Assembly (NCBI GenBank): GCA_037446635.1
Contig: JBBIIG010000007.1
Coordinates: 14,395-67,663, forward strand
Reading direction: 5' to 3'
Source of the DNA: a bacterium
GTDB lineage: Bacteria > Zhuqueibacterota > Zhuqueibacteria > Oceanimicrobiales > Oceanimicrobiaceae
Length of the DNA: 53,269 nt
Part shown: positions 37,600-46,537 of the stretch, in pieces
How the letters are laid out: every line of letters starts with the position of its first letter
How positions within the stretch are numbered: the stretch's first letter is position 1
Program-made: the position numbers and the translations under genes
Notes under the pieces: model-generated
What the model saw: the letters and a program-made list of their open reading frames with translations, nothing else
Databases searched by the model: none
Told to the model about the DNA's origin: nothing

Positions 37600-37967
37600 T
37601 CATGAATCCATCTGGGTTTCGGGAGCCGGGGGGATGAGAGGATCGATTTAATTCAATAAGCTCGGGGATTTTTTCGGTTGCGGTAAGCCAAATTCGTTCA
37701 GCCAGAATTTCACCGTACTTATGCGCCAGAATATTGCGCTGACCAATTATTGCATTCCATGGAATCTCCGCGTGGGCTTGTTTAAAATCTTCGGAAATAT
37801 GCTTTGCCGCCTCACCGATAACCAAAATCTGCCTCTCGATGGCATATCGCATCATTTTGTTAGAGACGAATTGGACATACTCAATACCTTTGATGGAACT
37901 CACTGATTTCGCCAGCGGCCACGCGCATATCCCAAAGCAAAGCGCTGTTACGTTCTTCCGGAGTCAT
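37600..37967 (-). pseudogene. HepT-like (DUF86/HEPN) RNase toxin with two +1 frameshifts
   Basis: ATG 37967 MTPEERNSALLWDM...ISEF, extra base at 37895-37896, then IKGI...AIERQILVIGEAA...IPW...RNILAHKY (Rx4HxY), extra base at 37647-37649, corrected end IDPLIPPAPETQMDS*. Confidence 0.85.
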
Positions 37968-38262
37968 AAATGATTTCCTGGTTATTAAGAATATGAAAAC
38001 GGCGGAAGGGATTTCGCAAAGACGCTTTTTCTACAAGGTCAACCTTGTGTCCGAAAATAGCCATCAATTCTTCTCGTATGGCGATAAGATCAAAAGAGTT
38101 ATAACGTGCACCCGGCGCAAACGTCACAAGCACATCAATGTCGCTTTCCGGGCGAAAATCACTCCGCAACACAGATCCGAATAAGGAGAGTTCGGTTATA
38201 TTTCGCCGGCGGCAGAAATCCGCAATTTTGTTGCGCGGAATTTTAATGTTACGATTATTCAT
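37948..38262 (-). CDS. MntA-like minimal nucleotidyltransferase antitoxin
   Basis: IADFCRRRNITELSLFGSVLRSDFRPESDIDVLV...FGHKVDLV...LRNPF; overlaps the HEPN gene start. Confidence 0.9.
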   Translation of the reverse strand: MNNRNIKIPRNKIADFCRRRNITELSLFGSVLRSDFRPESDIDVLVTFAPGARYNSFDLIAIREELMAIFGHKVDLVEKASLRNPFRRFHILNNQEIIYDSGRT

Positions 38263-38326
38263 GGCGATAGTCAAAAAGGCGTGTGCAAATTTACTGGTTC
38301 TATAGATTATTATCAAGCTTAACTTA

Positions 38327-40903
38327 ATGGATTTGTCAACTGACAAAAAAGTAGCTCTTGGCTTAAAATTGGGTTTGATCCTCGGCGTCAGCGCCGGCGT
38401 TAGCAGCCTCGTCTGGTTTCTACTTTCTGAAAATTACCAACTCCTAGAAACTCGCTACACGCTTCTCAATCTAGCCGCGAACAGCGTCAACACCTTTACG
38501 TTTTGGGCGCTGGCAGCGGCGATGATTTTCACGATCATTTGGATTTTTTATCCTCGCCTCGAGGGAATGTGTTTGGCCGGCTTAATTGCTGGCCTCCTTT
38601 TTTTACCCATTGTTTTTTACATCAACAAAAATTATCTGCCGGGGTTGCGCGAAGTCAAAAGCCTTGTCGGCAATGGCATGTTGGCGGTGACGGCGTTGGC
38701 GTTTGCGTTTCTGATTTTCAGGTGGGTGCGCAACGCGCATTTTTTTCATCTGCTCGCCCGCACCGCGATTTTTGTTGCCGCCGTGGTCGTTTTGGCGGCC
38801 AGCAACCTTGCTTTCCAATTGCAACCGATTCATCAGCGGTTGCAATCCGCGTCAGCCGACCCCCAAAAACTGATGGCGCTTTTTGATTTAAAAAAGATTG
38901 CCTCCGCTCAAACAAACGGCGAAGAAGCGGTTACTTCGGAATCCTTCAAAAATTATTTTACAAAAAAATTTGCGGCGCGGCAGCCCGAGCTGCGAAAGCG
39001 CATCGCGCAATTAGACAGCGCGAAGATCATCAGCCACGCGGATTCCATTCTTGCGCGGCGGTTTACGTTTGTCGGCGTCAGCAAAACCTTGCCGGAAAAA
39101 ATCCAGTGGCGAAACAATCCCACTAAAGATTTTGTGTGGCTGTTCAATCTCAATCGCCAGGAATGGCTGTGGGATTTGGCCGCGGCTTATTTTTTAACGG
39201 GGAATGAAAAGTACGCCCGCGACTTCGAGTTAATTTTATCCGACTGGTTTCCGCAAAATCCAATGATGAAATGGAAGAACGAATCCGACCCGGTGTGGCG
39301 GCTCATCGATAGCAGTCTCCGTCTCACCGCCAGTTGGCTCGATGCGCTGACGGTGTTTTTTCCAAGCGACGCCATCAGCGCTGATCTCAAATGGAAGATG
39401 TTAGCCTCGATTCACGACCACGCGCAATTTCTCATGCACTTCCGCTCGCCGGGCCGCAATCACCTCATGCAGGAGACGTTTGGGTTGATGGCAGCGGCCG
39501 CGGTGCTGCCGGAATTCAAAATGTCAGAAAAGTGGCTTGGAATTGCGAAGCTGCGGTTGGATCGCGTGTTGACCGAAGAAATTTATCCCGACGGCGGCTA
39601 CAATGAGCTTTCGACTTTTTATCACCGTTTCGTGATCCGCATCGTGCAGCAGATCGCCGATTTCGCGGAAGAAAATGGGGTGAAGCTGACCGACCTGTTT
39701 TACGAGCGGCTTGAGGAGATGTACGAGTTTTTGATGTATCTTTCGTGGCCCGACGGCACCATGCCAGCGATGAACGACGGCTTCCACGCCAAAAATATGC
39801 GCGTGCTTTACGACGCGCCGGCCAAAACTTTTGCTCGCCCCGACTTCAAATTTTTCGCAACCGCTGGCAAAGAGGGGACTGAGCCGCCCGCGAAGTCGAT
39901 TGAGTTTCCGTACTCCGGAATTTATGTGATGCGCAGCGATTGGTCGAGCGACGCGCGCTACCTGATCGTCGATGCCGGGCTGTTCGGCTCTTCTCACGGC
40001 CACGAAGACAAATTGAGCTTCGAGCTGTTTGCGTTCGGCAAGCCGTTCATCATCGAGAGCGGAACCTACACCTACGTTTACAATCGCTGGCACCAGTATT
40101 TTGAAAGCTCATTTGCACACAACACCATCGTCGTTGACCAACGCAGCCAGTTGCGCCACGCGGATGAAAAGAACTGGGTGAGTTCGCCGCCGCAAAAGCA
40201 GCCCAATGTTTGGATTTCTAATCAGAATTTCGATTACCTCGAATCGCGCTACGATGAGGGCTACGGCAATCGCAAAGAGGATGTTCTCAGAGGCATCACT
40301 CACACGCGGCGCATTTTGTTTGTGAAACCAGACTACTGGATTTTATGGGATATCGTCGATGGCGCGGGCAGCCATTCCGCCGAGCAGCTTTTTCATTTTG
40401 CCGCGGAAACTGAAGTTGAATTTTTCGATCAGAAAAATATCCGAGTGAATTATGCAGCTGGACCGGCGTTGTTGATTTCCAACTTGGCCGGCGAGTTGGC
40501 TTTCACAAAAATGATTGGAGAGGAGAAACCCATTCAGGGTTGGATTTCTCCGGAGTACGGCAGCAAAACGGCGGCGCCGGTAGTTGGCATCGAAAGCAGC
40601 GGAGAGATGCCGCGGGTATTTGTCAGCATTTTGTATCCGGCTGAAAATGCGGCCGCGCTCGACCAACTCAAAATCGAGTTGCTGCCCGTCGAGAGCGACG
40701 GTGAGTTTTTGAATATTTCAAAAGCCGCGGCCGTCAAAATTCAATCTAAAAATTCTGTTGATCACATTCTGCTCGCACCAGTGGTTGTGGGGGAAAAGCA
40801 ATTCCGCAGTAACAAAACCACCTCCCAACTTTTTCTTCACCGCCAGCTCGCCAATGGCGCGCAAGTCAAAGACGAAATTTCCGTGATGCCGTCATCGAAT
40901 TAA
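38327..40903 (+). CDS. Membrane-anchored heparinase II/III-like polysaccharide lyase
   Basis: N-terminal TMs; LNRQEW, NHLMQE, PDGGYNELSTFYH, VMRSDW, HGHEDKLSFEL, AHNTIVVD. Confidence 0.85.
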   Translation: MDLSTDKKVALGLKLGLILGVSAGVSSLVWFLLSENYQLLETRYTLLNLAANSVNTFTFWALAAAMIFTIIWIFYPRLEGMCLAGLIAGLLFLPIVFYINKNYLPGLREVKSLVGNGMLAVTALAFAFLIFRWVRNAHFFHLLARTAIFVAAVVVLAASNLAFQLQPIHQRLQSASADPQKLMALFDLKKIASAQTNGEEAVTSESFKNYFTKKFAARQPELRKRIAQLDSAKIISHADSILARRFTFVGVSKTLPEKIQWRNNPTKDFVWLFNLNRQEWLWDLAAAYFLTGNEKYARDFELILSDWFPQNPMMKWKNESDPVWRLIDSSLRLTASWLDALTVFFPSDAISADLKWKMLASIHDHAQFLMHFRSPGRNHLMQETFGLMAAAAVLPEFKMSEKWLGIAKLRLDRVLTEEIYPDGGYNELSTFYHRFVIRIVQQIADFAEENGVKLTDLFYERLEEMYEFLMYLSWPDGTMPAMNDGFHAKNMRVLYDAPAKTFARPDFKFFATAGKEGTEPPAKSIEFPYSGIYVMRSDWSSDARYLIVDAGLFGSSHGHEDKLSFELFAFGKPFIIESGTYTYVYNRWHQYFESSFAHNTIVVDQRSQLRHADEKNWVSSPPQKQPNVWISNQNFDYLESRYDEGYGNRKEDVLRGITHTRRILFVKPDYWILWDIVDGAGSHSAEQLFHFAAETEVEFFDQKNIRVNYAAGPALLISNLAGELAFTKMIGEEKPIQGWISPEYGSKTAAPVVGIESSGEMPRVFVSILYPAENAAALDQLKIELLPVESDGEFLNISKAAAVKIQSKNSVDHILLAPVVVGEKQFRSNKTTSQLFLHRQLANGAQVKDEISVMPSSN

Positions 40904-41028
40904 AACAGTGTTTCAAGTTGCGTCAAAAACTCATTATTGGATTGCTTGTTCACCAGCAATATTGAAGCTTTTGAATGTCGACTAAGTTTATTTAAAATAG
41001 ATGATTAATCCAATTTCAGAAAACTGGC

Positions 41029-41037
41029 TGGTATAAT
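41029..41037 (+). promoter_or_regulatory. Candidate extended -10 promoter (TGnTATAAT)
   Basis: TGGTATAAT in an AT-rich intergenic gap about 105 bp upstream of ATG 41143; no clear -35. Confidence 0.45.
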
Positions 41038-41142
41038 GTTTGCCTCAAAGTAGCGACTGATTTACAAAGGCGTGCGCCCCCAGCTATGCGGGCGGCTAAA
41101 ACGGGATTCGGAGTCGAATTCGGAAATTCTCACGGAGTGCAG

Positions 41143-43305
41143 ATGAGTCGAAAAAATTGGGTTTGGTTAAGTCTGTTCGTCACCCTTCTTTTCATGAGTG
41201 ATACCCAGCCGGTGTTAGCCTATATTGGCCCGGGCGCGGGCTTCGCATTTCTCACTTCATTTTTGATGTTGTTCGCCAGTTTTTTTATGGCGTTTTTTAC
41301 GCTACTTACTCTGCCCATCCGCATGATCTTTCGCTTTTTCCGGCAACGCAAAGCATTGGCGAAAGCGAAAGCCAACCGCGTGGTAATTCTGGGTCTGGAC
41401 GGGCTTGAACCGACCATAACCGAGCGGCTCCTCAAAGAAGGGAAGCTGCCCAACCTGGCGAAACTGCAAGAACAGGGATCGTATTCGGAATTGCAAACTA
41501 CCTATCCCGCGTTGTCACCGGTGGCGTGGTCGACTTTTGCTACCGGGGTGGGACCCGGCGGTCACAACATTTTCGATTTTCTTTCTCGTGATAAGCACTC
41601 CTATCTTCCGGATCTGTCTTCTTCGAAGGTCGGAACCACCAGTCGAAAGCTGAATATCGGGAGCTTCCAAATTCCGCTTGGCAAACCGGTCGTTCGCTTT
41701 CTGCGGCGGAGCAAAAGTTTTTGGAAGATCTTAGGCGACCACGGCATCTTCAGTCACGTGCTGCGCGTGCCGATCACCTTCCCGCCGGAGAAATTCAACG
41801 GCGCGCTGCTCTCCGCGATGTGCGCCCCGGATTTGTGGGGAACGCAGGGCACGTTTTCTCTTTTCACAACGGAAGAAAAATCCCACAAGTTCAAAGAAGG
41901 CGGAGAGGTGATGCGGGTGCAGATGGTGGGAAAGCGAGTGGAGGGGTACATCAAAGGCCCGGAGAATACTATCAAAAAGAATCCAGAGCCGATGCGTCTG
42001 CCGTTTGTGGTGAATGTGCTCAGCGAAGATGAGGCGGAGCTGATTATCGAAAAGAAAAAGTATTCGCTGAAAAAGAACACCTACACTGAGTGGATCGAGC
42101 TGAAATTCAAAGCCGGGCTGGGCATCAAAGTGCAGGGCATCGCGCGGTTTTATTTGCTGGAGACGCAGCCGAACTTTCGCCTTTACATGACGCCCATCAA
42201 CATCGATCCGGAAAATCCCGCGCTGCCGATTTCGTTTCCCTATTTTTACTCGGTCTATCTTTCGAAGCTGTTTGGCAAATTCGCCACGTTGGGATTGGCG
42301 GAGGATACGTGGTCGCTCAACGAGCGCGTGCTCAACGAAGACGCCTTTTTAGAGCAAGCTTATTTGATTCACGAGGAGCGCGAGAAGCAGTTTTTCCACG
42401 CGCTGGACAAAACGAAAAAAGGCGTGTGCGGCGTTGTGATTGACGCCACCGATCGCATTCAGCACATGTTTTTCCGCACGCTTGAGGCGGATCATCCCGC
42501 CAACCGTGACAAAGAAACCGAGAAGTACAAAAACGTCATCGAAGATCTTTATGTTCGAATGGACGATCTCGTTGGCCGCACGATGGCAAAAATTGGCAAG
42601 AACGATGTGTTCATCGTGCTCTCGGATCACGGCTTCAAATCGTTCCGCCGCGGCATTAACTTGAACGCGTGGCTGAAAGTCAATGGTTATCTTAAATTGA
42701 AAGAGGGCGTCACGGAAAGCGGCGAGTTTTTCAAAGGTGTTGATTGGGAACACACCAAAGCCTACGCCTTCGGGCTCGCCGGCATTTATCTCAACGTAAA
42801 AGGGCGGGAAAAGCACGGCGTGGTGGAGCCGGGCGAAGAATACAATCGCTTGAAGCAGCAGCTCATCGAAGAGCTATCGGGTTTGATCGATCCGCAGACC
42901 GGCGAAGTAGCCATCACGGAGATGTTCGACAATCGGGAAATTTACCAGGGCCCGTACGCCGACAGCGGCCCGGATTTGATCAGCGGCTACAATATCGGCT
43001 ACCGCATTTCGTGGAACGGCGCCACCGGCGTGGTCAACGACGAGATTTTTGAGGACAACACCAAATCGTGGAGCGGCGACCACTGCATGGATCCGCGGCT
43101 CTTGCCGGGCGTGATTTTCAGCAACCGCAAAATCACTGCCGCCAAACCGGGATTGGTTGATCTCGCGCCCACGGTGCTCGATCTGTTCGGCGTCAACGCG
43201 CCCGCGTACATGGAAGGCAAAAGCATTTTTAACGAAGTGGAAGCCGCGCCGCAAAAACAAGTCAAATTGAAAAAACAAGAAGAGGTGGTTGCGATTAATG
43301 GTTAG
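41143..43305 (+). CDS. Alkaline phosphatase superfamily (NPP/phosphodiesterase-like) protein with signal-like leader, YIGPG motif and TM anchor
   Basis: VVILGLDG, PALSPVAWSTF, DRIQHMF, LSDHGF, WSGDH, DLAPTVL; GGAG RBS before ATG 41143. Confidence 0.85.
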   Translation: MSRKNWVWLSLFVTLLFMSDTQPVLAYIGPGAGFAFLTSFLMLFASFFMAFFTLLTLPIRMIFRFFRQRKALAKAKANRVVILGLDGLEPTITERLLKEGKLPNLAKLQEQGSYSELQTTYPALSPVAWSTFATGVGPGGHNIFDFLSRDKHSYLPDLSSSKVGTTSRKLNIGSFQIPLGKPVVRFLRRSKSFWKILGDHGIFSHVLRVPITFPPEKFNGALLSAMCAPDLWGTQGTFSLFTTEEKSHKFKEGGEVMRVQMVGKRVEGYIKGPENTIKKNPEPMRLPFVVNVLSEDEAELIIEKKKYSLKKNTYTEWIELKFKAGLGIKVQGIARFYLLETQPNFRLYMTPINIDPENPALPISFPYFYSVYLSKLFGKFATLGLAEDTWSLNERVLNEDAFLEQAYLIHEEREKQFFHALDKTKKGVCGVVIDATDRIQHMFFRTLEADHPANRDKETEKYKNVIEDLYVRMDDLVGRTMAKIGKNDVFIVLSDHGFKSFRRGINLNAWLKVNGYLKLKEGVTESGEFFKGVDWEHTKAYAFGLAGIYLNVKGREKHGVVEPGEEYNRLKQQLIEELSGLIDPQTGEVAITEMFDNREIYQGPYADSGPDLISGYNIGYRISWNGATGVVNDEIFEDNTKSWSGDHCMDPRLLPGVIFSNRKITAAKPGLVDLAPTVLDLFGVNAPAYMEGKSIFNEVEAAPQKQVKLKKQEEVVAING

Positions 43306-45277
43306 ATTTTCAAAAAGCTTGGTGATTGCTTTGCTATTATCGATCGCCTGCATGGTTGTGCTGATTGCCAACTCCGGCTGCAGCAAAGGCCGGGCAAAGA
43401 CCGTCAATCAAAAAGTGATCGTCGTTGGTTTTGATGGCCTCGATCCGGATCTTGTCAAACAATACATGGCGCAGGGCCGAATGCCCAACTTCGCAAAGCT
43501 GGCGGAACAGGGAGATTTTCGTTCCCTCGGCACCAGCGTGCCGCCGCAGAGTCCGGTGGCGTGGTCGAATTTCATTACCGGCATGAATCCCGGCGGCCAT
43601 GGTATTTACGATTTCATCCATCGTGATCCGGAACACATGGTGCCGGTATCGTCCACCTCTAAAACCGAGGGCTCGAGCAAATCAATTCGCTTCGGCAAAT
43701 GGGTGCTGCCGCTCGCCGGCGGCAAGATTCACAATCTCCGCGAGGGCGACGCCTTTTGGGTGATGTTAGAAAAGAGCGGCGTCCCGACGACAATTTTCAG
43801 AGTGCCGGCCAATTTTCCGCCCGTAGAATATGAGGGCAAATCGTTGAGCGGAATGGGGACACCGGATATTCTCGGATCGTTCGGGACGTTTTCGTTTTAC
43901 ACGGATGATCCGCCGCCCAATCGCGATGACATCTCCGGCGGCGTGGTGTATCCGGTCGAGGTCAAAGACCACGCTTTTGAAGCGAAATTAGTTGGTCCCA
44001 AAAACGCTTTTTTGAAAGATCAACCCGACGCGGTGATTCCATTCAAAGTCTGGCTCGATCCCGAATATCCCACCGCCAAAATTGAAGTGCAGGGCAAACA
44101 ATTTTTGCTGAAGGAAAAAGAGTGGAGCGATTGGCTGCGCTTGGATTTTGCGATGATTCCCTATGTGACCGGCGTCAAAGGCATCTGCCGGTTTTATCTC
44201 AAACAAGTACGGCCAAACATCAAGCTGTACGTTTCGCCGATCAATATCGATCCTTCCGAGCCAGCGATGCCGATTTCCACGCCCGAGGACTGGTCGCAGC
44301 AATTGCATCACGACTGCGGCGATTTTTACACCAAAGGCATGCCGGAGGAAACCAAGGCGCTGTCCTGGGGCGTGTTCGATTATGATGATTATCGTACCCA
44401 GAGCAACCACGTTATGGGCGAGAGCATTCGCCTGTTCGATTACCTGTTCGATAAATTTACAGATGGTTTTCTGTTCTTCTATTTTGGTACCACGGATCTC
44501 AACGCGCACATGTTTTACAGCATGATCGATCCGCAGCACCCGAGCTACGACGCGGAGAAGGCCAAAGAGTTCGGCGATGAACTGCCGTCGCTTTATCAAA
44601 CTGTCGATGGCGTTGTTGGCAAGATTATGAACCGCCTGGACGACAAAACCACCTTGCTGGTGATTTCCGATCATGGTTTTGCGCCGTTTCGGCGCGCGTT
44701 TCATTTGAATACCTGGTTGAAGAACGAGGGTTACATTACGCTGATCGATGAGTCGAAACAAACGGAGAGTGAATATTTTGCGAACGTGGATTGGGCGCGA
44801 ACGCGCGCGTATGGCTTGGGCTTCAACGGCTTGTACTTGAATCTGCGCGGCCGCGAAGCCAATGGTAGCGTCTCGAAGCGCGAACGCGAGGCCTTGCTCA
44901 CCGAACTCACTGAAAAGCTGCTGGCGCTGCGCGACCCCCAAAACGGTGAGCGCATCGTCCATCGCGTGGACCGCGCCGAAAAGGTTTACTCCGGCAGGAA
45001 CATTGACTCTGCGCCGGATTTAATTGTGGGGTATGCGCGCGGTTACCGCGCTTCCTGGGAGACGACCATCGGGAATTTTCCGCTGGAAATCATTGAAGAC
45101 AACCGCGACCCGTGGAGCGGCGACCATCTCATGGCGGCCGACCTGGTCCCCGGAGTCATAGTGACGAACAAGAAAATTAAAGCCGAGAATCCCATGCTAT
45201 ATGATATCGCGCCGACGATTTTGAGTCTGTACGGCGTGGAGAAGAACGACGAAATGGTTGGTCATTCGATTTTCTGA
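43298..45277 (+). CDS. Alkaline phosphatase superfamily (NPP-like) protein, probable lipoprotein
   Basis: Leader ending LIANSG-C; VVGFDGLD, PQSPVAWSNF, TDLNAHMF, ISDHGF, WSGDH; paralogue of the upstream gene; ATG overlaps its stop. Confidence 0.85.
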   Translation: MVRFSKSLVIALLLSIACMVVLIANSGCSKGRAKTVNQKVIVVGFDGLDPDLVKQYMAQGRMPNFAKLAEQGDFRSLGTSVPPQSPVAWSNFITGMNPGGHGIYDFIHRDPEHMVPVSSTSKTEGSSKSIRFGKWVLPLAGGKIHNLREGDAFWVMLEKSGVPTTIFRVPANFPPVEYEGKSLSGMGTPDILGSFGTFSFYTDDPPPNRDDISGGVVYPVEVKDHAFEAKLVGPKNAFLKDQPDAVIPFKVWLDPEYPTAKIEVQGKQFLLKEKEWSDWLRLDFAMIPYVTGVKGICRFYLKQVRPNIKLYVSPINIDPSEPAMPISTPEDWSQQLHHDCGDFYTKGMPEETKALSWGVFDYDDYRTQSNHVMGESIRLFDYLFDKFTDGFLFFYFGTTDLNAHMFYSMIDPQHPSYDAEKAKEFGDELPSLYQTVDGVVGKIMNRLDDKTTLLVISDHGFAPFRRAFHLNTWLKNEGYITLIDESKQTESEYFANVDWARTRAYGLGFNGLYLNLRGREANGSVSKREREALLTELTEKLLALRDPQNGERIVHRVDRAEKVYSGRNIDSAPDLIVGYARGYRASWETTIGNFPLEIIEDNRDPWSGDHLMAADLVPGVIVTNKKIKAENPMLYDIAPTILSLYGVEKNDEMVGHSIF

Positions 45278-45280
45278 ATA

Positions 45281-45303
45281 GGAGTGTCAAGCTTTAGCTT
45301 GAC
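45281..45303. repeat. REP-like palindrome with GGAG foot
   Basis: ggagtgtcaagctttagcttgac, near-identical to the reverse complement of 4501-4524. Confidence 0.7.
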
Positions 45304-45368
45304 GAGCGGGATGCTCAAATATGCAATTTTCAAGTTGCCGAAATGTAAATGCAAAAAAGGAGACGTAG

Positions 45369-45560
45369 ATGTTAGGCCCTAAAATCAAATTGGAAAAAGA
45401 TCTCTATGATCGCGTGAAAAAATATTCTGAAATCGCCGGCTATTCTTCCATCGATGAGTTTGTCACACACGTTTTGGAGAAAGAATTGTCGAACGTCGAT
45501 GACTCCGCCTCCGAAGAAGAAATCAAAAAGCGGCTGCAGGGGTTGGGGTATTTGTCATAG
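45369..45560 (+). CDS. Small ribbon-helix-helix (CopG-like) protein with C-terminal LGY tail
   Basis: PKIKLEKDLYDRVKKYSEIAGYSSIDEFVTHVLEKEL then SEEEIKKRLQGLGYLS; AGGAG RBS. Confidence 0.8.
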   Translation: MLGPKIKLEKDLYDRVKKYSEIAGYSSIDEFVTHVLEKELSNVDDSASEEEIKKRLQGLGYLS

Positions 45561-45626
45561 TCGGCAGTAGGCGGTACGCAGTAGGCAATTGACAATTAAC
45601 AATTGATCGTTCACAATTCACAATGA
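45561..45626. repeat. Short heptamer-type repeats
   Basis: ggcagta/ggcggta/cgcagta followed by caattga/caattaa/caattga and ttcacaa x2. Confidence 0.55.
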
Positions 45627-45640
45627 GCTAGTCGAAAAAA

Positions 45641-46468
45641 ATGTTTGACATCATAAACAGTATTTTCAGCGGGATTTTTAACGCTCTCTTTTTCCCCTTC
45701 AAAAATCTCAACCCGCTTTGGGGGATGCTAGCGATTTCCTTGCTGGCAAGCATTGTCATCCTGCTGATCTTGAAAGCCACATCGGATCAAGCGGGCATCA
45801 AACGGGCGAAAAATTTGATGAAGGGCCATTTTCTGGCGTTTCGCCTTTACCGTGATGACATCGGCCTGATGCTGGATACATTCAAAAACATGCTCTTCAG
45901 CAATCTGTTGTATTTGCGAAAGTCGTTCAAGCCGATTCTGTTTTTTATCCTTCCGGTGGTGGTGATTATCATTCAACTCGGGGCGCGTTACGAGTACCGG
46001 CCATTTCGGATCGGGGAACCGATCATCGTCACCTTGCAGGCAGACGATCTCGCCGAGAAAGTTGATTTGAGTCAGGTTGAGCTGCAATTGCCGGAGGGTT
46101 TGACCGCCGATATGCTGCCGGTGCGCATCAAGCAGCTTCGTGAAATCAACTGGCGTTTGCTGGCTGAGAAGCCGGGCGTGTATGAGATCGTTTTTAAATT
46201 CGGTGAGAATAGCGTCAAAAAACGCATCGAGGTGGAGCAGCCGCTGGTTGCCGTTTCTCCAGCCGTGGAACAGCCGTCGTTCAAGGCCTTGATTAATCCC
46301 GCTGAGCGTAGTCTGCCGACGTCCAGCTTTGCCGCGGCGATTTCCATTCTTTATCCCCGCCGCGATTTTGACGTGTTTGGATTCAACCTGCATTGGTTGG
46401 TTGCGTTTTTTGTGGTCAGCCTGATATTGGCCCTGGCTTTAAAAAGGGTGTTTGATGTGGAATTTTAG
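45641..46468 (+). CDS. DUF106/EMC3/TMCO1-like (Oxa1 superfamily) membrane protein with an inserted soluble domain
   Basis: Amphipathic N-helix, TM1, TSDQAGIKRAK coiled region, SFKPILFFILP TM2, soluble insert, HWLVAFFVVSLILALALKRVF TM3. Confidence 0.65.
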   Translation: MFDIINSIFSGIFNALFFPFKNLNPLWGMLAISLLASIVILLILKATSDQAGIKRAKNLMKGHFLAFRLYRDDIGLMLDTFKNMLFSNLLYLRKSFKPILFFILPVVVIIIQLGARYEYRPFRIGEPIIVTLQADDLAEKVDLSQVELQLPEGLTADMLPVRIKQLREINWRLLAEKPGVYEIVFKFGENSVKKRIEVEQPLVAVSPAVEQPSFKALINPAERSLPTSSFAAAISILYPRRDFDVFGFNLHWLVAFFVVSLILALALKRVFDVEF

Positions 46469-46537
46469 CGAACTTATGTTCTGCACATGCGAAGAACTTG
46501 TGTACTATATTTCTGACAAATTTGAAATAGGAGAGCG

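Noticed and set aside
37511..37903. 130-aa minus-strand ORF as an intact gene
   Set aside because: It is the middle frame of the frameshifted HEPN gene; it lacks the true N-terminus and runs into the sulfatase-like gene
43988..44962. Long antisense ORFs (also 8448-9305, 20592-21428, 27773-28588, 49542-50513)
   Set aside because: Shadow frames opposite well-supported genes, expected from GC-biased codon usage; no motifs
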